64,000 nt of DNA from an uncultured Actinomycetes bacterium (GTDB lineage Bacteria > Actinomycetota > Actinomycetes > Acidothermales > Acidothermaceae). Under the pieces are notes generated by a model. That model made no database searches. It was not told where the DNA came from and was given only the letters and a program-made list of their open reading frames with translations. Both the position numbers and the translations under genes were made by a program. The stretch is taken from the NCBI GenBank assembly GCA_963809135.1, contig CAWEIG010000007.1:165805-229804 (forward strand), in the 5' to 3' direction. This document shows positions 1 through 10,183 of this stretch, in pieces (within the stretch, counting starts at the first letter, position 1; every line of letters starts with the position of its first letter).

Positions 1-218
1 GCGACGGCGAGGTGACTCGGCTTCTCGTCACGGAGCACGTTGATGAGCATCGACGTGAAGCCGTACACCGCGTTCGTCGGTTGACCCGTGGTGGTCGAAA
101 AGTTCTGGACGGGCAGCGCGTAGAACGCTCTGTAGGCGACCGAATGGCCGTCGATCAACAGCAGTCGAGGACGTTCGCCAGCGCCTTGATGGAGGGTCAC
201 GCCTGTGATCCTAGGCAT
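1..218 (-). CDS. polA: DNA polymerase I, N-terminal 5'-3' exonuclease region (partial, continues beyond window start)
   Basis: Own translation from ATG at 218 on the minus strand gives MPRITGVTLHQGAGERPRLLLIDGHSVAYRAFYALPVQNFSTTTGQPTNAVYGFTSMLINVLRDEKPSHLAVA, a typical PolI/FEN N-terminus. The ORF is not in the track because it runs off the window edge. Confidence 0.85.
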   Translation of the reverse strand, partial: MPRITGVTLHQGAGERPRLLLIDGHSVAYRAFYALPVQNFSTTTGQPTNAVYGFTSMLINVLRDEKPSHLAV

Positions 219-283
219 TGGGTCTGACGGTCGCGCCGCGCCCACAGCAAGGGCAGCCGAGTAGGGCTAGACGCCCGACGAGC

Positions 284-913
284 TCAGGCGTCGTGCGGCT
301 GATCGGCGACGGGCGCGGCGATCGCGAGCCGCCGCAGCGCGGTGCGCATCGCGGTTCGCGTGGTGCGGGTGCCGAGCGGGCGCCTCGTGGCGCGCTCAGG
401 ATTCGGGGTGTGCTCGAGCGTCGCGATTCGGCGTCGCAATGCCGATGCCGGGGCGACGCGGCGTACCGACAGCGGGGTCAAGCCGAGTTGTGCGTAGAAG
501 CGATTGGCCTCGCGAGACATCGGCGAGACGCTGACGGTCACCTGGTCGGCTCCGATGTCTTCGGCATAACAAGCAGCAGCGCCCATCAAAGCCCGGCCAA
601 CGCCGCGCCGGCGATATCCCTCGGCAACGACCGTGTACTCGACTTGCACGCACGCCGTCTCGTTCAACGCGCCGAGCGGGACGGTGGTCAGCATGGCCAT
701 TCCGACCGGCTCATCGGCGATGCTGGCGAGCAGGATCCGACTGGTCGGGCGGCTGATCAGGCGGCGAACTCGCTCTTCGATCTTGCGGTCATCAGTGAGC
801 GCAGCTAGGCGGGGATTCAGAGCTCCGTACCGCTTGAGCTCTTCCCACAGGACGACGAGGGCAGCGACGTCAGACTCGCCGGCGGCTCGCACCGTGATGT
901 GAGATCGGGTCAC
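284..913 (-). CDS. GNAT family N-acetyltransferase
   Basis: 209-aa ORF with the acetyl-CoA binding motif context VAEGYRRRGVGRALM and GNAT-like size and layout. Confidence 0.75.
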   Translation of the reverse strand: MTRSHITVRAAGESDVAALVVLWEELKRYGALNPRLAALTDDRKIEERVRRLISRPTSRILLASIADEPVGMAMLTTVPLGALNETACVQVEYTVVAEGYRRRGVGRALMGAAACYAEDIGADQVTVSVSPMSREANRFYAQLGLTPLSVRRVAPASALRRRIATLEHTPNPERATRRPLGTRTTRTAMRTALRRLAIAAPVADQPHDA

Positions 914-998
914 GCTTTGCTCCTAAGAACGACGTGCTCGTCCACGACGTCATGCGCCGCATCGAGCTCGTTGCCCCCGGCTCTCGCGAACGCGTTCC

Positions 999-1042
999 CG
1001 AACCGTGCCAGACCTGTAACCGAACCGTGCCCGAACCGTCAC
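999..1042. promoter_or_regulatory. Three direct repeats CGAACCGTGCC / CGAACCGTGCC / CGAACCGTCAC starting at 999, 1021 and 1032 (11/22-bp phasing), 85-130 bp upstream of the GNAT start
   Basis: Read directly from the sequence. The helical phasing resembles winged-helix regulator binding sites. Confidence 0.3.
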
Positions 1043-1518
1043 TGCTGTACGCCTGGACTGCACCCTCACCGCGAGTTACTCCCGGAAACCCGGAGCGTAG
1101 CGAGGTTTGGCGGCGATGTGGAGACCCTTCGACTAGAAAGATCAAGCACCTCCCCAAGACCGGCGTGTCGTCTCTTTTCACCCTAGACGCGACAACTAAC
1201 CCGCACCGAATCGACGTCCCGCCATCGTTTCGTGACGTTCATGTCGACATGTCTCCCTGCATGGTCACCTACTGAACTCGCATCACTACTGTTCGTGTCC
1301 CCCATCCGACTCTTGACCTGAATAATTCACCACCTGCATCAGCGATCGCAGGCGAAGATCACCGGCCGAGATCGATTCGACGAATCACGAGGATCTTTTG
1401 CTGTGAGCCTCGCGACCTCGGTACGGTGTCTCCCGACGAGCCCGGGTACCGAGTAGAGAACGTCCAAGACCGGGGAAGGCTTGGACGGCGCCAAAAGTGC
1501 CCGGGCTCGCTTTTGTGG

Positions 1519-2424
1519 CTAGCCCGGCCGTTCGACCACAGCGTCGACACGCGGGATCGAGGCCGTGATCGACACGGCAAGCAACACTCCCCCAACGATT
1601 CCCGCGGGCGAGAGTCGATCGCCCAGGAGCGCGATCGCCAACAAGGTGCCTGTCAGCGGTTCGAGGAGCGCGATCACGGTCGCACTCGAGGCTGTGACCG
1701 ACGGCAGCCCATGAAAAAACAACGTGTAAGCAAGCGCCGTCGGCACGACAGCAAGGAAAACCAGCAGCCCGAAGGTTTTCGCGGTGGGGTCGAAGCTCAT
1801 CCCCTGCAGTGGCGCTGCTACGACGGCGAGCTCGATGCCGCCGAGTAGGAACCCGTAGCCGGTCACCGTGCGATGGTCGACGCCCACGAGCGGACGGCGC
1901 CCGAGTAGCACGAACGCTGCGAACGTCGCACCTGACAGCGCCGCGAGGCCGGCGGCAGCGAGTTGCCTGCCAGGATCCGATCGATCCGCAGGCAACCCGA
2001 TCAGCAGGGCGAGGCCGATGATCGCGAGCAGTACCACCAGGCCGACCTGGCGAGATGGCCAGCGCCGCTGCGCGCACGCCTCGTAGAGCAGCACGAACAC
2101 CGGCGAGGATCCGATCGCAACCAACGTCGACAAGCTCACCGACGACAGCGCGACGGCGCTGAAGAACGCGCCCTGGTACACCGCCGCCAACGTGCCGACC
2201 GCCGCTATTCGCTGCCACCCCGCACTGCCGCGCGGCGGACGACGACCGGAAATGAGTAACACCACGACGAGCAACCCACCGCCGAGCCCAAGGCGATAGG
2301 CGCCGACGGCAAGCCCTGACAAGTGGGCGGCGTCAGTCAACCCTCGACCGGTGATCCCACCGGTCCCCCACAAGATGCCCGCCCCTATCAAGGAAACGGC
2401 ACCCGACGACACACGACTGGACAA
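1519..2424 (-). CDS. EamA/DMT family transporter (10-TM permease)
   Basis: 301-aa, very hydrophobic ORF with a duplicated 5-TM architecture and G/A/L-rich segments typical of EamA. Confidence 0.7.
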   Translation of the reverse strand: MSSRVSSGAVSLIGAGILWGTGGITGRGLTDAAHLSGLAVGAYRLGLGGGLLVVVLLISGRRPPRGSAGWQRIAAVGTLAAVYQGAFFSAVALSSVSLSTLVAIGSSPVFVLLYEACAQRRWPSRQVGLVVLLAIIGLALLIGLPADRSDPGRQLAAAGLAALSGATFAAFVLLGRRPLVGVDHRTVTGYGFLLGGIELAVVAAPLQGMSFDPTAKTFGLLVFLAVVPTALAYTLFFHGLPSVTASSATVIALLEPLTGTLLAIALLGDRLSPAGIVGGVLLAVSITASIPRVDAVVERPG

Positions 2425-2628
2425 CGACAGCTCCTGCGACTAGATGGGATGGTCGCGAGAGCAGGGCCAAGCGCCTCGGCGTCGCCCGGCCTAAACCAGC
2501 CGGGAGCGCGCGTCCGACCAGCGGCGGGACGCGGTGCGCCAGAGCCCTGCTAGGAGCGGGGCGGCGGGGTGATGATCACACGGCGATGCACCGTCGGAGA
2601 GTAGCAGCCAGCGCGTTTTTCGATCGCG

Positions 2629-3341
<713 letters not shown>

Positions 3342-3345
<4 letters not shown>

Positions 3346-4247
3346 TCACGCTCACCTCCTGCTTCCTCTGTATCGATCTCGATCAGTTGTACCTCGGGTT
3401 GATGTGCAGCCTGATCCTTGGCCTGTTCCGTCGACGTTCCAAGATATGCGGCGACCACGGCGGGATCTCGCTGAATCTGCTCGGGCGTTCCCTCCGCAAT
3501 CTTCTGTCCGAAGTTGAGCACCACGATGCGGTCGGCGACCGACATCACCAGTTTCATGTCGTGCTCAATGAGCAGGACGCCGACTCCGTCGTCGACGTTG
3601 ATGCTCTTGATCAGGTTGGCCAGCTCGCGCTTCTCAACCGGGTTGGTGCCGGCAGCGGGCTCGTCAAGCAAGATAACGCCAGGGCTGGTTCCGAGCGCAC
3701 GCGCGATCTCGAGTCGTCGCTGCTCGCCGTACGCGAGCGACGATGCGATGTCGTTGGCTCGCTCGGCGAGATCTACCCGTCGCAACAACGCATACGCCCG
3801 CGCTGTGCTCTCGCGCTCTTCACGCCGTTGCCACGGCATGCCGAGCATTGCGGCTATCGGGCCGGACTTCTGTCGTGTCTCGACACCGACCTTCACGTTC
3901 TCGAGTGCGGTCAACGCCGGGAAGAGCCGGATGTTCTGGAACGTTCGCGCCACGCCCAGGTGGTTCACCTTGTGGGTTGGCATGCCAAGCACGCTGACCA
4001 GCGGGTCTCCGACGCGACCGGAGACCAGTATCGAGCCCTCCTGCGGTCGATAAACGCCCGTCAGAGAGTTGAACAGCGAGGTCTTGCCGGCGCCGTTCGG
4101 GCCAATCACTGCGAGGATCTCGCCTCTGTGCATTTGGAGCGAGACCGCGTTCAGGCTCGTCACTCCACCGAAGCGCAATGTGACGCCGTCGACGTCAAAG
4201 ACGATGTCGTTTGCTCCCGAAACGACTGAGGTATCGAGCGCCGTCAT
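3342..4247 (-). CDS. livG: Branched-chain amino acid ABC transporter, ATP-binding protein LivG
   Basis: Contains GPNGAGKTS, LAYGEQRRLEIARAL and ILLDEPAAG. I chose the ATG at 4247 (MTALDTSVV), 8 nt after the livM stop; the track ORF extends to 4295. Confidence 0.88.
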
Positions 4248-4254
4248 CGCGTCT

Positions 4255-6570
4255 TCACAACCCTTCCGACGCCGCGACCGCGACGGTCTCGGCACTCGAC
4301 GGAGCGTCGAGGCCGGACAGTTCGGCCTTGCGCCGTCTCGCCGGGATGAGGCCGGCTGGGCGGAAGATCATCATTAACAGCACGACGGCGCCGATCCACA
4401 TCAGCTTGTCAGAGGGCGGTACCTGGTACTTCAAGAACTCAGGAAGCCACGTCAGCATCGCCGCGCCGGCAAGCGCCCCCTGCAACGACCCCATGCCACC
4501 GAAGACGACATAGGCCACGATCAGAATCGAATTGTTCAAGACGAAGTTGTCGGGAGTAATCGATCCGATCTGACTGGCGAAGAACACACCAGCGACACCA
4601 GACGTCGACGCACCGATCGCGAACGCCGCTAGTTTTACCTTGACCGTGTTGATGCCTGTCGCTTGCGCCGCGACCTCGTCCTCGCGCACGGCCGCCCAGG
4701 CGCGACCGAGCCTCGACTGCTCAAGCCGGCGGAACGCCAAAATGATGACGACAAGAAAGATGAGCAGTAAGTACCAGTACTGCAACTGGTTGAGGCCCCA
4801 TTTCGCGTGAATAGGCCCGATGTGAATCGACGGGTTGGGCACCGACTTCACATGGCGCGCAGTGTCGTTCGTGAGTCCCTCACTACCGTTGGTGATCCCA
4901 CGCGAGTTGACAGCAGCAAGGTGAATGATCTCGCCGAATCCGAGGGTGACGATCGCGAGGTAGTCACCGCGCAACCGCAGCGTGGGCGCACCCAAAGCCA
5001 AGCCCGCAAGCAAACAGACCACGATCGCAAACGGGATCGTCAGCAGCGGAGTCATGTGCAACCAGTGCGGAGGCTTCACTGGAAGCGAGCCGACGAGGTA
5101 CGCCGTCGTGTACGAGCCGATCGCGTAGAAGGCGATGAATCCGAGGTCGAGCAGACCCGCCCAGCCGACGACCACGTTGAGGCCAACAGCAAGCAGCATC
5201 GAAATGCCGATCTCCGACACGACGACTTCTTGCCAGAACGGCGTCGCGGTGGGCGGGTAGAACAATGCAGCCGCGACCGCGATCAGAAGTGCGGAGCGAG
5301 CAGCACCGGGCGCACTGAGATAACCGACTGCTCGACGGGCACCCGCTTTAGCAGTGCCACCCACGACATCGGACGTCGCGTACGCGACAACTGCGTCACC
5401 TTCGCGCGGCGCGGTTGCGGCGACATAGCCAGCAGCGCCGAGCAGGAACAGGCCGGCACAGGCCATCCAGCCGCCGGCACCAAGGTTTTGCCAAGGCCCG
5501 GTCGCATTATCGACCTTGTCGTGCGCGCCGAGCTTGCTGATGTCGAACAGCGTGACCAGGGTGATGATCGATCCGACGACGCCGACCGCTACCGCTACCC
5601 AACCGATTCCCCGGCTACGAAGCCAGGCCGCCGCAGCGGCGGATAGCGCAGCCAGCACGAACAACAACCAACTAAGCCAGCCGAGGTATTGATAGGCAAT
5701 CGACGTGAGGCCGCTGCCCGCGAACAAGCTGTGGGTTGCCGACAACGTGGTGTTCTTGTTGCCCGGCGAGAACCATCGTGCGTCGAGGAAAGCAAGCAAC
5801 GTGAGCAAGACGCCCAGCAGCACAAGCGGCAGTCCTGGGCGGAAGCCGAGTACGCGACCGACAAACTCCTTTGTCTGCGCCTGCTCCGCCTTGGTGGTGG
5901 CGGAGGCGAGCATCGCCCCGGCGATCACGAGGTAGCCGAGAATCGCGGCCGCATAGCCAAGTGAGTGGTCGACCTTCGGCCGTCCCGAGCTGACGACTTC
6001 CTGGTGTGCCAGGAAGCCGATCACTGCCGCAACGATGGCGGCAGCGGCGACCCCGATCGCGAGCCAACGCAACTCCACGATGATGGCGATCCCACCGACA
6101 ACCACGATCGCGATGATTTGGCTCCACGCCAGCCAACCGAAGAACGCACTCGCGATCGGTGAGATGCCACTCGTGTGGCTCACGGCCGCCGCGGTCGACG
6201 AGAACTTCCCGCCACCAACCGGGTCGTACCAGTGCATCAACGTGATGGATGCGAGCACCGCAAGCGCGCCCGAAAGCAACGGCCAGAAGCCAGGGCGGGT
6301 CAGGTAGGGAACGATCGCCGGCCAGTAGGTGATGGCAAAGAACATCAGGACGCCGATAGCGAGGAAGACGAAGATCCGCGGCTCGAGAACCGACCGGTGG
6401 AATCCGTAGCCGTAGTCGGCCTGGGTGCCTTCCTGGGAGCCGACCATCATCGCCAGCACCACACCACCGGCCAGGCACGCCAGCAGCCGCTTGAAGAGAA
6501 TGCTGCGTCGCGACGGTGCGTGGACGATGGCGCGCGGGGCTGCGGCGCTCTGTACTGGTACGTCGGTCAT
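4255..6570 (-). CDS. livM: LivM-type permease with a roughly 435-aa N-terminal polytopic membrane extension
   Basis: 771-aa ORF. The C-terminal ~335 aa is a LivM-like permease (GLLDLGFIAFYAIGSYT ... GDYLAIVTLGFGEI). The N-terminal half is an extra multi-TM domain. Confidence 0.85.
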   Translation of the reverse strand: MTDVPVQSAAAPRAIVHAPSRRSILFKRLLACLAGGVVLAMMVGSQEGTQADYGYGFHRSVLEPRIFVFLAIGVLMFFAITYWPAIVPYLTRPGFWPLLSGALAVLASITLMHWYDPVGGGKFSSTAAAVSHTSGISPIASAFFGWLAWSQIIAIVVVGGIAIIVELRWLAIGVAAAAIVAAVIGFLAHQEVVSSGRPKVDHSLGYAAAILGYLVIAGAMLASATTKAEQAQTKEFVGRVLGFRPGLPLVLLGVLLTLLAFLDARWFSPGNKNTTLSATHSLFAGSGLTSIAYQYLGWLSWLLFVLAALSAAAAAWLRSRGIGWVAVAVGVVGSIITLVTLFDISKLGAHDKVDNATGPWQNLGAGGWMACAGLFLLGAAGYVAATAPREGDAVVAYATSDVVGGTAKAGARRAVGYLSAPGAARSALLIAVAAALFYPPTATPFWQEVVVSEIGISMLLAVGLNVVVGWAGLLDLGFIAFYAIGSYTTAYLVGSLPVKPPHWLHMTPLLTIPFAIVVCLLAGLALGAPTLRLRGDYLAIVTLGFGEIIHLAAVNSRGITNGSEGLTNDTARHVKSVPNPSIHIGPIHAKWGLNQLQYWYLLLIFLVVIILAFRRLEQSRLGRAWAAVREDEVAAQATGINTVKVKLAAFAIGASTSGVAGVFFASQIGSITPDNFVLNNSILIVAYVVFGGMGSLQGALAGAAMLTWLPEFLKYQVPPSDKLMWIGAVVLLMMIFRPAGLIPARRRKAELSGLDAPSSAETVAVAASEGL

Positions 6571-7499
6571 GCTGATCGCCCGACCCGCTCGCCGAGAAGG
6601 CCGGTCGGCCGAAACATCAGCACACCGATCAGCACGATGAACGCAACGACATCAGTCCAACTCGCATCGAACCCTGGAATGAGCAGCACCAGGTTCTCAA
6701 CAACGCCGAGCAACATGCCACCGATCATGGCGCCGCGAATGTTGCCGATCCCGCCGAGAACCGCAGCCGCGAATGCCTTCACGCCGGGCGCAAAGCCCAT
6801 GTTGTAGGCAAAACTGAAGTTGAGACCGAACAGGAAGCCGGCCGCGCCGCCGAGCAAGCCACCGATGAGGAACGTTCGCGAGATCGTCTTGTCGATGTCG
6901 ATGCCCATGAGAGCGGCGGTCGGCGCGTCCTCGGATACGGCGCGAATGCTCCGCCCGAGCTTGGTGAGCCGCACCAACCGGTCGAGGAACACCATCATCA
7001 CGATCGCCGAAACGATGATGACGACTTGCAGAACCTTCACGTGCGCGTGGTCGATGATGAACAACGTCGTGTTGTGATCAAAGAACAGCGGAAACTGATT
7101 CGTCGTTTGGCTGTTGAATAATTTGCTCGCCAAGGTGGAGAGGAAAAAGGACGCACCGATGGCGCCGATCAGAAAGGCGAGCTTTGGTGCGCCTCGTCTT
7201 CGCAGCGGCCGGTAGGCCACTCGTTCGAGGGTCCAGGCGATCCCTGCGGCAGTCAACGCTCCAGTGACCATCCCGATGACGATGACAAGCGGGACTTCCC
7301 AGGAAGCCGTGCCTGCGCCGTTGCCGACGATGAGATGGACGACGATGTAGCTGCCGAAAGCCCCCGACATGAAGACCTCGCTGTGAGCGAAGTTGATCAG
7401 CTGCAGGACCCCGTAGACCAAGGTGTAGCCCAGCGCAATCAGCGCATACATCGATCCGCGGGTGAGTCCGAGGATCAGGTAGTCGAAGAACTGGGTCAT
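6567..7499 (-). CDS. livH: Branched-chain amino acid ABC transporter permease LivH
   Basis: 310 aa starting MTQFFDYLILGLTRGSMYALIALGYTLVYGVLQLINFAHSE, a typical LivH N-terminus. There is an ATGA overlap with livM. Confidence 0.9.
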   Translation of the reverse strand: MTQFFDYLILGLTRGSMYALIALGYTLVYGVLQLINFAHSEVFMSGAFGSYIVVHLIVGNGAGTASWEVPLVIVIGMVTGALTAAGIAWTLERVAYRPLRRRGAPKLAFLIGAIGASFFLSTLASKLFNSQTTNQFPLFFDHNTTLFIIDHAHVKVLQVVIIVSAIVMMVFLDRLVRLTKLGRSIRAVSEDAPTAALMGIDIDKTISRTFLIGGLLGGAAGFLFGLNFSFAYNMGFAPGVKAFAAAVLGGIGNIRGAMIGGMLLGVVENLVLLIPGFDASWTDVVAFIVLIGVLMFRPTGLLGERVGRSA

Positions 7500-7566
7500 G
7501 CCCTGGTATCCCTCCGGCGGAGCATCGCTGCGGAGAAGTGTGCATCAGCCGTCAAGCTGAGCGACA

Positions 7567-7602
7567 GCGCCCCGGTATCCGATGAGCCGGATACCGGGGC
7601 GC
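7567..7602. other. Perfect 15-bp stem hairpin (GCGCCCCGGTATCCG-ATGAGC-CGGATACCGGGGCGC) between livK and livH
   Basis: Read directly from the sequence. It lies in the 135-bp livK-livH spacer and fits an intercistronic stabiliser or partial terminator that would favour binding-protein mRNA. Confidence 0.6.
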
Positions 7603-7634
7603 CGTCAATAGCCGCCTTGTGCGGATCGCGCCTG

Positions 7635-8841
7635 CTACTGCTTGGTGATGTCACCCAAAAGGACGATCGCGCCGGCCTTCTGCTGGTACAGGTTGACGGT
7701 CGCCTGGGCGACCTCGCCTGTCGGAGTGAACTTCACCGTCGTCGTGATGCCGGTGTAGTCGAGTGCGTTGACCGCGGTCTCGACCGCTGCTCGGGTCACG
7801 GCGCCGGCCTTTTGCGCTGCCGAAATGGCCGAGATCATCGCATTCGTAGCGTCGAACGCCTCAGGCGAGTAGGTCGACGGCGGGGTGTTGAACATTGCCG
7901 TGTACGCCTTGTTGAAGGCAGACGCGGATGGTGCCGTCGTCGCGTCAAGGCAGCCACAAGCGAAGTAGTACCCGTCGCCAGCTGCGCCAGCAGTTGACGT
8001 GAAGACGCTGGACTTTCCACCGTTGCCGGAGATCTCGAAGCCCTTGTACGAAGCAGCCTGGAGCGCCTTGGCCAGCAGACCGGCCTGAGCGTCGTAGCCG
8101 CCGTAGTACATGGCGTCGTCACTGGATCCGGCGACCTTCGTCGCCACCGCGCTGTAGTCAGTGGTCGGTGCGATCGACTGGGTGTCGACCTTGATGCCCT
8201 TGGCCTTCAGTTCGGTCGCAACCACACCGGCGACGCCGGCACCGTAGGTCGAGGTGTCGTCGACGACGAACACGCTCTTGAACTTGGTGGCGAGGTAGTC
8301 AGCAGTTGCCTTGCCCTCGACACCGTCGGTCGGCACGATGCGGTGGAACGTCGTGAAGCCCTGGCTCGTCAGCGTCGCGTTGGTGGCCGACGGGCTGATC
8401 AGCGCGAGGTTCGCTGCCGCGTACTTGGCACCCACGGCCGCGGTTGCGCCGGAGAATGCTGGGCCGATAACACCGACGACAGCGGTGTCCTGCTCGAGAG
8501 CGGCCTCAGCGGCAGGCGCGCCAGCCGGGGTGCCACCGTCGTCGGACTGAAGGACCGCCAGCTGGAAGCAGAGGTTCTTCGCGGCGTTGGCCTCGTCGAC
8601 TGCGAGGTTGACGGCGTTGATCATGTTGATGCCGAGCTGCTTGTTGTCGCCGGTCAGCGGGCCCTGGTAGCCGATCTTGTAGGTGGTGCCCGGTGCCGTT
8701 GCACGAGCCACCACCCGAGCTGGCCGATGCGCCCCCGCTCAGGCCGCCGCTGGCGGCTTTCTTACTGCTTGAACAGCCGGCCAGCACCAAAGAGCTGATC
8801 GCGCCGACGGCGACGAGCGTACTAACGATTCTCTTCTGCAC
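7635..8841 (-). pseudogene. livK: Branched-chain amino acid ABC substrate-binding lipoprotein LivK, with one frame change near 8700-8715
   Basis: The lipoprotein signal (VQKRIVSTLVAVGAISSLVLAGCSS, with GGAGGG 7 nt before the GTG at 8841) is in one frame. The mature domain (TAPGTTYKIGYQGPLTGDNKQLG...) is in another. The junction lies in the Gly/Ser linker. Confidence 0.8.
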
Positions 8842-9206
8842 CGAGGTGCCCTCCAACGAATAGCGCACGGACTTATGCCGTGCGTACGAATGACTGGGTC
8901 GGACAGTATCCGACCTTCAGTCGGCTCATAAAGCTGTGCATGTATCGCTCACGGCTGTTACCAAATCTTGTTCCGGCTGTAATGCTCCTCTGGCGGTTTG
9001 GCGGCTTATGACCAGTTCCGCCAACAGGGCGTCAGAGCACCAACACCCGTTGCTGTGTTGGGCGGACCGTACCTTCTCCGAGGCAGGCGACCCAAATCCC
9101 ACACGCATTCGTGACCGGCTCGTGATATTCCACGACCTTGTTACATAGCGGACGGCGGTCAGGCAACGTTCCCAGTGACCGCCCGGGACCGCTTCTAGCC
9201 TTGCGC

Positions 9207-10040
9207 CTAGCCTTGCGCCTCGTCGGCGAGGTGAGGCCAGCAGCGCCTCCGCGACGGCCCGCATCGAGACCCGCTGATCCATCGCCGCACGCTGGATCCA
9301 GCGGAACGCTTCCGGCTCGGTGAGCTGTTGGGTCGTCTGAAGCACGCCCTTGGCGCGGTCGATGATCTTGCGGGTCTCCAGTTGCTCGGTGAGGTTCGAG
9401 ACCTCGGCCGCCAGTGCGCAGCTTCGGCGTAGCGGCTCAATGCCATCTCGATCGCCGGGAGCAGGTCATTCGACGTGAAGGGCTTGACCAGGTAAGCCAT
9501 CGCGCCGGCGTCACGCGCGCGTTCGACGAGGTCGCGCTGCGAGAAGGCCGTCAGTATCACGACCGGCGCGATCCGGCCGCTGCGATGCGCTGGGCCGCTG
9601 AGATGCCGTCGAGCACCGGCATCTTGACGTCGAGGATCACGAGATCGGGGCGCAGACGCTTCTGCCAACGCGACTGCGTGCTCGCCGTCGGCCGCTTCGC
9701 CGACGACTTCGTACCCAAGCTCGCCGAGCGTCTCCATCAGGTCGAGCCTGATCAACGCCTCATCTTCGGCGATGACGACGCGAGGGCGGACGACGGCGGC
9801 CTGGCCCGGTGCGGCACCCGACGACGTCCGCGGTGATGATCTTGGTGGTTCGGCGGTCGGCCCTGCGCGGGTTCGGCGGGCTCGGGCGCTTGCACACTGC
9901 GAGCCCGGGCGAGATGGGCGAGGTCGGCCGGTGTGGGCTGCGGCGGCCCGGCCTGGCTTGGCTTGCTTGGCTGCCTTCGGGTTTGCCTCGCTTGCCTCGC
10001 TTGCCTTGCTTGGCTGACCGTCCCCGTCATCGTCCCGCAC
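9207..10040 (-). pseudogene. pdtaR: ANTAR-domain response regulator (PdtaR-like), disrupted by 3-4 frame changes; true start uncertain
   Basis: The receiver domain (VVIAEDEALIRLDLMETLGELGYEVVGEAADGEHAV ... IAPVVILTAFSQRDLVERARDAGAMAYLVKPF) goes out of frame at about 9656 and returns at about 9575. The ANTAR part (LQTTQQLTEPEAFRWIQRAAMDQRVSMRAVAEALLA) is in a different frame (ORF 8926..9345), with a shift near 9419 and probably another near 9240. A 12-nt tandem duplication CTAGCCTTGCGC x2 at 9195-9218 spans the stop codon. Confidence 0.8.
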
Positions 10041-10108
10041 GCGGGCAGCCTACCGGGACCGGTAGATTGACGGCCGAACTCCAAGCCCGGCCGGGACACC
10101 CGGCGGCA

Positions 10109-10183
10109 GCCCCGGTAGCCCAACGGCAGAGGCAATGGTCTCAAACACCATCCAGTGTCGGTTCGAATCCGACCCGGGGTACC
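10109..10183 (+). tRNA. tRNA, anticodon CAA (Leu by anticodon), class-I geometry with a 5-nt variable loop
   Basis: Hand-folded. Acceptor GCCCCGG/CCGGGGT (G1-U72), U8, a 3-bp D stem GCC/GGC with loop CAACGGCAGA, anticodon stem ATGGT/ACCAT, anticodon loop CTCAAAC (U33, CAA at 10142-10144, A37), variable loop CCAGT, T arm GTCGG-TTCGAAT-CCGAC, discriminator A73, followed by CC. Confidence 0.8.

Noticed and set aside
934-1275. A 113-aa plus-strand ORF and the overlapping 103-aa minus-strand ORF (870-1181) in the GNAT-EamA gap
   Set aside because: They are mutually overlapping with no SD or motif, and their composition is atypical for coding sequence in this genome.
10109-10183. Reading the tRNA on the minus strand as tRNA-Gln (the complement of the loop gives anticodon UUG)
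   Set aside because: The complement also folds into a cloverleaf. However, the canonical GTTCGAATC T-loop, U8, A14 and the GG D-loop are only in the right places on the plus strand.
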